DNA of 27,150 nt from a bacterium (GTDB lineage: Bacteria; Arandabacterota; Arandabacteria; Arandabacterales; JALGWA01), in NCBI GenBank assembly GCA_050125095.1, contig JASFEA010000024.1, positions 1 to 27,150 of the forward strand. The letters are read 5' to 3'. Shown piece after piece: positions 1-7,999 of this stretch (its first letter is position 1; each line of letters begins with the position of its first letter). The notes beneath the pieces were generated by a model that worked only from the letters and a program-made list of their open reading frames with translations, was not told where the DNA came from and made no database searches. A program made the position numbers and the translations under genes.

Positions 1-180
1 CGGCCCCGATACGAGGTTGATGTACCCGGGGAGCATCGCCTTAAGGCCGTGCCGGAATATGGCCACGGTGTGGGTGCCGCAGAACTCCATGATGTTCCAG
101 CGGCGCGTAGTCGCCTTCGCGATATTGCCGGCTATGTTCCTGGCCAGCTCGCTCTCGCGGAAGGCCGAGGAGAGTCTCAT
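1..180 (-). CDS. hypD: Hydrogenase formation protein HypD, N-terminal part (runs off the left edge)
   Basis: Not in the ORF track. Manual translation from ATG at 180 gives MRLSSAFRESELARNIAGNIAKATTRRWNIMEFCGTHTVAIFRHGLKAMLPGYINLVSGP, with the HypD 'ME.CGTHT' and 'SGP(GCPVC)' motifs. ATGA overlap with the hypC stop at 177-180. Confidence 0.93.
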   Translation of the reverse strand, partial: MRLSSAFRESELARNIAGNIAKATTRRWNIMEFCGTHTVAIFRHGLKAMLPGYINLVSGP

Positions 181-395
181 TGGCCGAAGACCTTTCGCAT
201 GAGCTCGAGCGTCTCGAGCGCCTCTTTCTCCTCCAGCTTATGTATGGCGAACCCGGCGTGCACGAGCACGTAGTCGCCGACCTCCGCGGGCCGGTCGATG
301 ATCTCGAGGCTTATCTCCCTCATCGCGCCTCCCACGTCAGCCTTCGCCCTGGTGCCGTCTTTTTCCTTAATAAGCGCAGGTATGGCCAGACACAT
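177..395 (-). CDS. hypC: Hydrogenase assembly chaperone HypC/HupF
   Basis: 72 aa, N-terminal MCLAIP and 'VGDYVLVHAGFAI' motifs; lies between hypF and hypD. Confidence 0.97.
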   Translation of the reverse strand: MCLAIPALIKEKDGTRAKADVGGAMREISLEIIDRPAEVGDYVLVHAGFAIHKLEEKEALETLELMRKVFGQ

Positions 396-407
396 CTTCT
401 CGTCCCC

Positions 408-2750
408 CTAGCTTTCCTGGCCCAGCTTGGCCCGGGCCACCACTACCTGGCCGAAACTGATGCCGCCGTCATTGGCGGGCACGTGCTTGTTGATGATGAC
501 ATTGAAGCCCGACTCCGAGAGAGTCAGTTTGAGATTCTTGATGAGGTATGCGTTCTGGAAGCAGCCCCCGCTAAGGGCCACAGTCTCGAGGCCCTCCCTG
601 TCCCTGAGCCTTACGGCCGCGTTGTGCAGCGAGTGGACCAGCCAGTTATGGAATCTCGCGCTCACCCGGCCCGGCTCGGTCCCGCGCTTGAGATCGCGCA
701 CTATGCCGGCAATGAGAGGAGCCGTTTCGATTATCAAGGGCCCGCCGCCTGAGATTGTTGCCGGGTAGGCGCCGCCCTCGCTCTCATTCAGAATCATCTC
801 GAGCTCTATGGCCGCCTGTCCTTCGAAGGTGATGCTGCGCCTCACGCCGCAGAGAGCCGAGACGGCGTCGAAGAGCCGCCCGCAACTCGAAGTCACCGGG
901 CAGTTTATTCCCTTCTCGAGAGCCTGCCTCACGAGGTGAACCTCTTCCTCGGGCCGCCCGAGAAGCGCCGCCAGGGCGCTATCGCCGGGCTTGAGGACGC
1001 CGGCTTCTATCTCGCCTCTGTCAACCGCGTTCATGACATGCGAAAGCGCCATTCGCCACGGCTCACGCACGGCGCGCTCGCCTCCGGGCATGCGCACCGT
1101 CTCTATATGCCCGGCCCTACTGTAGTCGGCGCGCGTCGCAATCAGCGCCTCTCCTCCCCACACCGTGCCGTCGGGTCCGTAGCCTGTTCCGTCGAGCGAG
1201 AACCCAATAACCGGGCCCTCTATTCCCGCCTCGCCGAGGCAGCTCGCGATATGCGCGTGATGATGCTGCACGGCGATCTTGCCCGGGCCGTCCAGCTCGA
1301 GCGCATACTGCGTGCTAAGGTAATCCGGATGGAGGTCATGCGCCACCACCTCAGGCTCGACCTCAACTATGTCCTTAAGATGCGCCACGGTGGACTTGAA
1401 GAACTCATATGCTTCGAGATTCTCGAGGTCCCCCACGTGCTGGCTCGGGAACACCTGGTTTGAGCGCGTGATCGCGACCGAGTTCTTGAGATGCGCGCCG
1501 CAGGCGAGTATAACCTCGCCTCCATCCTCCAGGTCCACGGGCAGCGGCACGAAGCCGCGCGAGCGCCTCGAAAAGAGCATCTCGTCGTCGATGACGCGCA
1601 CCACCGAGTCATCGCAGCGGCAGAGTATCTCCCTGTTGTGGTCGAGATAGTAATCGGCGATGTCTCCCAGCCTTCTTACGGCGTCGCCCAAGTCTATGGC
1701 TATGGGCTCCTCGCTTATGTTGCCGCTCGTCATGACGAGCGCGATGAGCACGGTGCCGAGCAGCATATGATGGACGGGCGTGTAGGGGAGCATGACGCCG
1801 ACGTATTTATTGCCGGGTGCAACGGCTTCCGCGACAACGCCCGAAGGTTTCTTTCTCAATAGAACGATGGGCCGCTGCGGTCCCGTGAGCACCTGCTCTT
1901 CCGCCTGGCTCACCTCGGCGTAGGTGCGCACCGTCTCGACGCTCGCGGACATGATCGCGAGCGGCTTCTCTTCGCGCCGCTTGCGCTCCCTGAGTGTCCT
2001 CACGGCCTCGTCGTTGGTGGCGTCGGCTGCCAGGTGAAATCCACCCAGACCCTTTACTGCGACGATCCTGCCATCAGCCAGGTGGCCTATTGCCGCCGAG
2101 ACGGGGTCGTCGCATTCAATCACGACTCCGCCCGAGTCCCTGAGTACGACCTCGGGCCCGCATACCGGGCAGGCGTTTGGTTCGGCGTGGAAACGCCGGT
2201 TCAGGGGGTCCGTATATTCCCTGCCGCATTCGGGACACAGCGGGAAAACGTTCATGGTGGTGTTCCTGCGGTCGTAGGGCACGCTCCTTATGATGGTGTA
2301 GCGCGGCCCGCAATTGGTGCAATTTGTGAACGGGTAGCGGTATCTCCTGTCGCCCGCGTCTTTCATCTCCTTAAGGCAGTCCTCGCATGTCGCGATGTCG
2401 GGAGATATGAGCGTGGTGCGTTCGGCTGAGGCCGAGCTCTCCTCTATAATGAACTCGGTGTCGTCTCTGGTGTCGACGAAGTTGGCCGTCATGGTGTCGA
2501 CCCTGGCCTGGACGGGCTTCTCGTTTACGATGGCCGAGAGGAACGCGGAAAGACGCCGTAGTTCGCCTTCAACCTCGATCTCGACGCCCTGAGGGTTATT
2601 CAGGACGAAGCCGGTGAGGGCCTCCCTGTGGGCTATGCGGTAAATGAACGGACGGAATCCAACGCCCTGAACGATTCCGGCTACAGAGATTCTCAGCCTT
2701 GCGCGCTCGCACGGGTCTGCCTCTTCTCTGCCAATCTCGATTTGAGCCAT
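408..2750 (-). CDS. hypF: Carbamoyltransferase HypF
   Basis: Acylphosphatase 'GIVQGVGFRPF', Zn fingers (CEDC..CTNC, CPEC..CPVC), YrdC 'KGLGGFHL' and Kae1-like 'QHHHAH', 'DGTGYG', 'PANDGGISFGQ'. Start placed at ATG 2750 (MAQIEI); the ORF track start at 2786 is also possible. Confidence 0.96.
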   Translation of the reverse strand: MAQIEIGREEADPCERARLRISVAGIVQGVGFRPFIYRIAHREALTGFVLNNPQGVEIEVEGELRRLSAFLSAIVNEKPVQARVDTMTANFVDTRDDTEFIIEESSASAERTTLISPDIATCEDCLKEMKDAGDRRYRYPFTNCTNCGPRYTIIRSVPYDRRNTTMNVFPLCPECGREYTDPLNRRFHAEPNACPVCGPEVVLRDSGGVVIECDDPVSAAIGHLADGRIVAVKGLGGFHLAADATNDEAVRTLRERKRREEKPLAIMSASVETVRTYAEVSQAEEQVLTGPQRPIVLLRKKPSGVVAEAVAPGNKYVGVMLPYTPVHHMLLGTVLIALVMTSGNISEEPIAIDLGDAVRRLGDIADYYLDHNREILCRCDDSVVRVIDDEMLFSRRSRGFVPLPVDLEDGGEVILACGAHLKNSVAITRSNQVFPSQHVGDLENLEAYEFFKSTVAHLKDIVEVEPEVVAHDLHPDYLSTQYALELDGPGKIAVQHHHAHIASCLGEAGIEGPVIGFSLDGTGYGPDGTVWGGEALIATRADYSRAGHIETVRMPGGERAVREPWRMALSHVMNAVDRGEIEAGVLKPGDSALAALLGRPEEEVHLVRQALEKGINCPVTSSCGRLFDAVSALCGVRRSITFEGQAAIELEMILNESEGGAYPATISGGGPLIIETAPLIAGIVRDLKRGTEPGRVSARFHNWLVHSLHNAAVRLRDREGLETVALSGGCFQNAYLIKNLKLTLSESGFNVIINKHVPANDGGISFGQVVVARAKLGQES

Positions 2751-3373
2751 TCTATCCACTCTTCCAGGCCTTCTCCGGTCTTGCATGAGACCTTGAAAAC
2801 CGTAAGGTCGGGCTTGATGCGCATCGCGTTTTCAATTATCGCGTCCGGGTCCGAATCCACGTACTCCACAAGGTCGGTCTTGTTGACCACCAGCACTTCG
2901 GAAGCCGCGACCATGGGCGGGTATTTGAGAGGTTTGTCATCGCCTTCGCCGACGGCGATAAGGAGGACCTTGAGGTCCTCTCCCAGGTCGTACGGAGCCG
3001 GGCAGACCAGGTTGCCGACGTTCTCCACGATCACCAGGTCAAAGGGCCTGTCCTTGTAAGGCGTGAGCTTCTTGTCCACCATCTTGGCGTCAAGGTGGCA
3101 CGCCCCGCCCGTGGTTATCTGCACCGCGTCCACGCCGTGCCTCGCCACGCGCCGGGCGTCGTTCTCGGTCATAATGTCCCCGGTCAGGACCAGCATGCGG
3201 AGCTCATCCCGGAGCCGCTTGGCCGTCTCTTCAATGAGCATGGTCTTTCCGGATCCCGGCGAGCTCACCAGGTTCAGGACGAACGTGCCCTCTTTCGCGT
3301 ACTTCTCGCGATTGGCGCGGGCCAGCCTCTCGTTCTCTGAGATGACCTTCTTTTCAAGCTCCACTCGCTTCAA
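2693..3373 (-). CDS. hypB: Hydrogenase nickel incorporation GTPase HypB
   Basis: P-loop SSPGSGKT, 'GGACHLDA', 'ENVGNLVCP', 'DKPLKYP', NKTD; TTG start; no His-rich N-terminus. Confidence 0.97.
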   Translation of the reverse strand: MKRVELEKKVISENERLARANREKYAKEGTFVLNLVSSPGSGKTMLIEETAKRLRDELRMLVLTGDIMTENDARRVARHGVDAVQITTGGACHLDAKMVDKKLTPYKDRPFDLVIVENVGNLVCPAPYDLGEDLKVLLIAVGEGDDKPLKYPPMVAASEVLVVNKTDLVEYVDSDPDAIIENAMRIKPDLTVFKVSCKTGEGLEEWIEWLKSRLAEKRQTRASAQG

Positions 3374-3374
3374 C

Positions 3375-3716
3375 TCACTCTACCTCCACTTCCTTCAGGT
3401 TTATGTCACTTCCTATGACGACGTCGAACTTGCTGGAGTTGCAGTGCGGACAATGGAAGTTGTCCATCCTGACCTCATATTCCTTTTGACATTGTCTGCA
3501 TCTGGCCCTCGGCTTTATCTCCACTACTTTAAGATGCGATCCCTCAAGCCTTGTTCCGCGCGTAATCACCTCATAGCAGAACTCGAGAGAGTCCCTCTCG
3601 ACGCCGGCCAGGAGCCCGATCTCGACGACCACCTCTCCGACCTTTTTGGCCTTGTTGTCTTCCGCCACCCTCTTCACGACGCCCATGATGTCAGTGGCTA
3701 TCCCGAGTTCATGCAA
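3375..3716 (-). CDS. hypA: Hydrogenase maturation nickel metallochaperone HypA
   Basis: MHE N-terminus, two CxxC (CRQC, CPHC), 113 aa, TTG start. Confidence 0.96.
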   Translation of the reverse strand: MHELGIATDIMGVVKRVAEDNKAKKVGEVVVEIGLLAGVERDSLEFCYEVITRGTRLEGSHLKVVEIKPRARCRQCQKEYEVRMDNFHCPHCNSSKFDVVIGSDINLKEVEVE

Positions 3717-3719
3717 CTT

Positions 3720-4184
3720 TCAACCGCTCCCACCCTGAAGGTCGCGGGCGATCCGGCCGGCGATGTCGCCCACCTTCTCCGCGAGGGCCTCCGACATGCT
3801 GTCCCCGATGGTCACGGGGTCTTCAACCTCAATGCCGTATATCAGTATCTCCCCGGGTATGTCGGCGCCGGTCACGCGGCCCACTTCGATGGCCCTCAAG
3901 AAATTCATTCCGTGGCTGTATACAGTCCGCTGGGTCTGGAGTCCGGGGTCCACATCCACCCTCCTTACCGTGCCCGGCGGGAACTTGCCGGTCACCATGG
4001 CGTCGATAATCACGGCCCGGTCGTAGCCGATTACGCAGTCGAGCACGTCGAAACCGCCCGACGCCGAGAGGTCCCCCTCCAGCCCCGGGACAAGGCGCAA
4101 TACCTCCTCAGCCACCCTGATCCCTATGGCGTCGTCAGACATAATGGGATTGCCAAGCCCAATGAGGATAGTACGTGCTGCCAT
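3720..4184 (-). CDS. Hydrogenase maturation endopeptidase (HycI/HybD family)
   Basis: 'LIGLGNPIMSDDAIGI', 'IIDA' and 'SHG' motifs of peptidase A31; within the hyp cluster. Confidence 0.93.
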   Translation of the reverse strand: MAARTILIGLGNPIMSDDAIGIRVAEEVLRLVPGLEGDLSASGGFDVLDCVIGYDRAVIIDAMVTGKFPPGTVRRVDVDPGLQTQRTVYSHGMNFLRAIEVGRVTGADIPGEILIYGIEVEDPVTIGDSMSEALAEKVGDIAGRIARDLQGGSG

Positions 4185-4234
4185 ATGAGGTCGGCGCTCT
4201 GCCAGTGCCCCGTAGAGAAACGCAGGAGGCCAGC

Positions 4235-4729
4235 CTATTCGCTGGCGGCAAGTGCCTCTTCAAGCTCCTTCTGTAACTCCCCGGATTCGGCCTTGACCGT
4301 CTCGAGAAGCTCGGGCCAGTTCAGCGGACCGAGCTCCCTGATCTGGGCTGTCATGTTCGTGACGACGTCCACGAATTTCTTGCCTTCGGCGGCGGAAACC
4401 CAGTGCAGCTGGAAACGCTCTTTCTCGATGCCGTATTGCTCCAGGAGCTTCGACAGCATTCTCGCCCTGGCCAGTGTCTTGTAATTGCCTTCCAGGTAAT
4501 GGCAGTCGCCGGGATGGCATCCGCCTATGAGGACGCCGTCCGCACCCTTCGCGAAGGCGGTCAGTACGAAAGTCGGGTCGACCCTGCCGGAACACATCAC
4601 CCTGATGGGAATGAGGTTCGGCGGGTACTTCATACGGCTGGTGCCGGCGAGGTCAGCGCCGGTGTAGGTACACCACTTGCAGAGAAATCCAACTATTCTC
4701 GGTTCGAATTTCTTGTCCGGACCCTTCAT
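4235..4729 (-). CDS. mvhD: Hydrogenase/heterodisulfide reductase [2Fe-2S] subunit, MvhD/FlpD family
   Basis: 'IVGFLCKWCTYTGADLAGTSRMKYP', 'RVMCSGRVDP', 'GADGVLIGGCHPGDCHY', 'WVSAAEG'; RBS GAGGAG upstream. Confidence 0.93.
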   Translation of the reverse strand: MKGPDKKFEPRIVGFLCKWCTYTGADLAGTSRMKYPPNLIPIRVMCSGRVDPTFVLTAFAKGADGVLIGGCHPGDCHYLEGNYKTLARARMLSKLLEQYGIEKERFQLHWVSAAEGKKFVDVVTNMTAQIRELGPLNWPELLETVKAESGELQKELEEALAASE

Positions 4730-4761
4730 ATTGCTCCTCTCTTATGTTGACAACCCGTCAT

Positions 4762-4790
4762 ATTCTAAAAGGGCGCTCAGGCTTGGTCAA
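4762..4790 (-). promoter_or_regulatory. Putative sigma70 promoter of the mvhD-hyp operon
   Basis: Minus strand TTGACC (4790-4785), 17 nt spacer, TAGAAT (4767-4762). Confidence 0.6.
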
Positions 4791-4794
4791 TAAT

Positions 4795-5451
4795 TTAATC
4801 GCCGGTCTCCCGGGCGGGCTCGGGCTCTGTCCGGACCGCCGCTTCCCCCGGCGCGGCCCCTCTCCCGGCTGCTTTATCGGCCTCCCCTCCTTCACCGTCC
4901 TCCCCCGCTTCCCCGGCCATATCGTCCCCCTCGTCCCCGGCCGACTCTAAAATGGCCTGCAGGTGTTTTCTCAAGAGCACCTCGTCGCCGGGCCGGTAGC
5001 CCTTGTTCCTGTGGTACTGGCTGCGGTCGGGAAGGATGATAATGGTCGTGGGGATGGCCCTCACGTTAAAGCCCTTGGCCAGGCGGGTGTCATGGTCGAT
5101 GTAGGCGGGGACCGTCAACTCCTGCTTCTCGAGGAAGGTCTTGACCCTGCCCGCGTTTCTCTTCATGTCCACCGAGACCGCTGCGAACTGAACCCCCTTC
5201 GGCGCGAATTCGCGGTATAACTTCTCCAGATGAGGCATCTCTAGCTTACATGGAGAGCACCACGTGGCCCAGAAATTGATTACCAGGGGCCCCTTATCAA
5301 GGAGGCTGTCAATGGCCACCTCTTCACCATACAGGCCGGTCAGCATCACTCCCTCAAAGACAGAGGACTGGTCCTTCTCTCCCGCACAGACAGGCTGCGC
5401 TATAGCCCAAACGGCACAAAAAAATAACGCCGACAATATCGATTTGTTCAT
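4795..5451 (-). CDS. TlpA/ResA-family thiol-disulfide oxidoreductase, exported, with acidic low-complexity C-terminal tail
   Basis: Signal peptide, 'INFWATWCSPCKLEMP', cis-Pro 'RAIPTT'. ATG at 5451 preferred over TTG at 5454. Confidence 0.9.
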   Translation of the reverse strand: MNKSILSALFFCAVWAIAQPVCAGEKDQSSVFEGVMLTGLYGEEVAIDSLLDKGPLVINFWATWCSPCKLEMPHLEKLYREFAPKGVQFAAVSVDMKRNAGRVKTFLEKQELTVPAYIDHDTRLAKGFNVRAIPTTIIILPDRSQYHRNKGYRPGDEVLLRKHLQAILESAGDEGDDMAGEAGEDGEGGEADKAAGRGAAPGEAAVRTEPEPARETGD

Positions 5452-5457
5452 CAACTT

Positions 5458-5528
5458 AGTCTAGCAATCGGAAAGGCCAAAGTCAAGTTGAACAAGTCCT
5501 TGACATACCGCCGCTTAGGCCCCAGAAT
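5458..5528. promoter_or_regulatory. Divergent sigma70-like promoter pair
   Basis: Minus: TTGACT (5486-5481), 17 nt, TAGACT (5463-5458). Plus: TTGACA (5500-5505), 17 nt, CAGAAT (5523-5528). Confidence 0.55.
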
Positions 5529-5535
5529 TGCTGGC

Positions 5536-7068
5536 ATGAAGTACCGCGAGACTCTGTTATTGCCGGCAATAATGGCGCTTCCCGCCGTGGCGCTTGCTTT
5601 CGTGGAAGTCACGAATATCTCGGTGCGTCCGGCGGCTTTCTCACCCAACGGCGACGGCGTAAGCGACTCCACCGTCGTGAGCTTCACGACCTCGAGCGAG
5701 GCCAAGAGCGTCCGGCTCTTTATCGACGTGGTGGACGCCTCGGAAGACACGGTGGCGGTAATCGCCGACGGCGGAGAATACGGCACGGGTGAGACCGAGT
5801 TCACCTGGGACGGCTTCATGACGGGCGGAGCTCCCGCGCCCGAGGGCGTTTATCAATTCGTGATCGTGGCGGCAGACGATCACTACACCACGCCGCCCTT
5901 CTCGGCCAGCGCGAGGCTGGATGTCACGCCGCCCCACTTCACGACCTATATACACCCGAATCCGTACACCCCCGACCTCCCGCTCGCCGACTCGTTGCTC
6001 ACAGTCGAGTTGAGCGTGACCCAGGCCGAGGGAGGCGACCTGATAACGGCCACCATCAGCACCCGGGAGCCGCCCGAGACATTGTGCACCCGCTCCCTGG
6101 CGCCCGCGGACTCCACGTACATATGCGAGTGGGACGGCAGGCAAAGCGACGACGGCCTGTACGACATTTACGTGCGGTCAAGCGACCCCGCCGGCAATTC
6201 CATGGAAGCTTACTATGAAGTCGATCTCGACGTGGAGGCGCCCGCCATAAGCATAGAGAGCCCGGCGGAGAGCTTCCTCAATTACATACCCGCCTCTTAC
6301 TGGGTGACGGCGACCGACCGCAACGGCGTCGATTCGCTCAAGGTAAGGTTCTATGCGGGAAGCGAGTACATGGTGCCCGGGGGCTACCCGCAGCCCGAGT
6401 GTTGCTACGATTGGCCCGAGTCGCTTCGCATAGAGGACGAGTTCCTGCTTGAATGCGTGGCTCTCGACGGCGTCGGCCGCTGGGGCTCGAGCTTCAGGTC
6501 GGTGCTGGTCGATACGACCACGCCCGAACGCCCGGCAATAGAGGCCCTGCCGGAGAAAGTCGGGACGGCCGCGCTCCCCGTTGAGGGAACGGGCACGGCC
6601 GGTGACTCGGTAATGGTCTATGTCAACGGCGCGCTCAAGAAGCGAGCGAAGATCTCGGCCGCCGGAAGCTGGTCGGTTACCTTGACTCTCGATCTCGGCG
6701 TGAACACCATATATGCGGTCTCGTCAGACCTTGCGGGCAATGTGTCCCAGCCGTCCGATACGGTTCAGGTCGAGTACACCGAAGCCACGGGCATTTACGT
6801 CCCGGAGGAGTTCACAGGGGACTCGACCATAGAGATCAACCTCGCCAGGGAGGCCAGCCGCATAGTCATAAGGATATTGAGCCTCGAGGGCAGTTACATA
6901 ACGGCCATAACCGAAGACAATCCCGACCTCTACAACGAGATCGACTGGGATCTCACGGACGCAGGCGGCAAGCAGGTCAAGAACGGCATATATGTCCTGG
7001 TGATAGAGGTCGCCTACCCGGACGGCGGCAGCGAGATCGACAAGAAGGCGGTAATAGTATCGAGATGA
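5536..7068 (+). CDS. Secreted protein with repeated FlgD-Ig/bacterial Ig-like domains and a T9SS-like C-terminal domain
   Basis: Signal peptide from ATG 5536 (MKYRETLLL..VALA). FlgD-Ig-like modules 'AFSPNGDGVSD..TWDG..PEGVY', 'PNPYTP..WDG..DGLY' and C-terminal 'WDLTDAGGKQVKNGIYVLVI'; Big-type 'D.AGN.S' and 'VDTTTP' linkers. Confidence 0.75.
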   Translation: MKYRETLLLPAIMALPAVALAFVEVTNISVRPAAFSPNGDGVSDSTVVSFTTSSEAKSVRLFIDVVDASEDTVAVIADGGEYGTGETEFTWDGFMTGGAPAPEGVYQFVIVAADDHYTTPPFSASARLDVTPPHFTTYIHPNPYTPDLPLADSLLTVELSVTQAEGGDLITATISTREPPETLCTRSLAPADSTYICEWDGRQSDDGLYDIYVRSSDPAGNSMEAYYEVDLDVEAPAISIESPAESFLNYIPASYWVTATDRNGVDSLKVRFYAGSEYMVPGGYPQPECCYDWPESLRIEDEFLLECVALDGVGRWGSSFRSVLVDTTTPERPAIEALPEKVGTAALPVEGTGTAGDSVMVYVNGALKKRAKISAAGSWSVTLTLDLGVNTIYAVSSDLAGNVSQPSDTVQVEYTEATGIYVPEEFTGDSTIEINLAREASRIVIRILSLEGSYITAITEDNPDLYNEIDWDLTDAGGKQVKNGIYVLVIEVAYPDGGSEIDKKAVIVSR

Positions 7069-7994
7069 GGACAGTGACCCGCGTAGTGTTTGTTTCAGTT
7101 GCGCTTGTTCTCGCTCTATCGGCGGCCGCCCCGGCTCACGAAGGCAGGGGCGGCATCGACGCCCTGCCCGTAACGTCGACGCGGGGGCTGGCACTCGGCG
7201 AAACGGGCCTCACCGAGATAGGCGAAGCCGAGGCGTTCATGAGCAATCCCTCGTGCCTCCCGTCCATGACCGGGCACCAGGTAAGGGTCACTTACGGCAC
7301 CTGGTTCGGCGGCCTGACATCCTCCCGGACGGTTCTGGTCTACGCCACCGCGCTCGGCGGCAAGGTCGATTACCCCGGCGACCCCAGCGTGGGAAGGCGC
7401 TTCGGCCTGGGCATCGCCCTGGACCGGACGGGCGTCGAGCTCTCGCAGGGCTCCGGCTGGGCGGCCAACGTCCTGTATGTCGGGCTCGCCTGGGCTCCGG
7501 TGCCCTACGTGTCGATGGCCCTGGCTCCCAAGTTCATCTTCTCCTCATCCGACCTGCCCGGCGGCGAGGTAAGCGGATACGCAATCGACTGGGGCCTCAG
7601 ACTCGATCTCACGGGCAGAGCCGGCCTCGGATTCGTGACGCGCAATATCCCGGGAAGCGCCGGCTGGAAAGACGGTGAGAGCGAGAATCTCCCGGCCGTG
7701 TATTCCTTGGGCGCCCATTACGTCCTACCCTACGACCTCAAGGCGGAGTTAATGTTCGCGGCCTCCGGCAACGTGGACAACAGGCTGGGCCTGGGAATCG
7801 AGGCGCCCATCCTGGACTCCATGCTCTGCGTGCGATTCGGGATCTCATGGATTTCGGGTGACGAGTCGAGGAGCGCTCCAACCGCGGGATTGGGCATCGA
7901 TCTCGATGTGCTTGATTTCGATTATGCCCTCAAGCTCGACCAGGACTGGGCCACCGGGACCACCCATCGCGTTTCCATCCGCCTCGATTTCTAG
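7065..7994 (+). CDS. PorV/PorQ-like (FadL-fold) outer-membrane beta-barrel protein
   Basis: Signal peptide; 'STRGLALGE..A..AF.NP..L' matches the PorV-type N-terminal motif; alternating beta-strands; ends 'FDYA..THRVSIRLDF' with terminal Phe; ATGA overlap with the upstream gene. Confidence 0.72.
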   Translation: MRTVTRVVFVSVALVLALSAAAPAHEGRGGIDALPVTSTRGLALGETGLTEIGEAEAFMSNPSCLPSMTGHQVRVTYGTWFGGLTSSRTVLVYATALGGKVDYPGDPSVGRRFGLGIALDRTGVELSQGSGWAANVLYVGLAWAPVPYVSMALAPKFIFSSSDLPGGEVSGYAIDWGLRLDLTGRAGLGFVTRNIPGSAGWKDGESENLPAVYSLGAHYVLPYDLKAELMFAASGNVDNRLGLGIEAPILDSMLCVRFGISWISGDESRSAPTAGLGIDLDVLDFDYALKLDQDWATGTTHRVSIRLDF

Positions 7995-7999
7995 GCGTC

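Noticed and set aside
3063-4484. 473-aa plus-strand ORF and other long antisense ORFs (e.g. 14551-15573, 16581-17645, 180-752)
   Set aside because: They are shadows of well-supported opposite-strand genes in GC-rich DNA, with no motifs and Arg/Ser/Pro-rich composition.
4235-4729. Possible selenocysteine recoding in MvhD or other redox genes
   Set aside because: All expected ligand positions are Cys codons, and no in-frame TGA interrupts the recognised domains.
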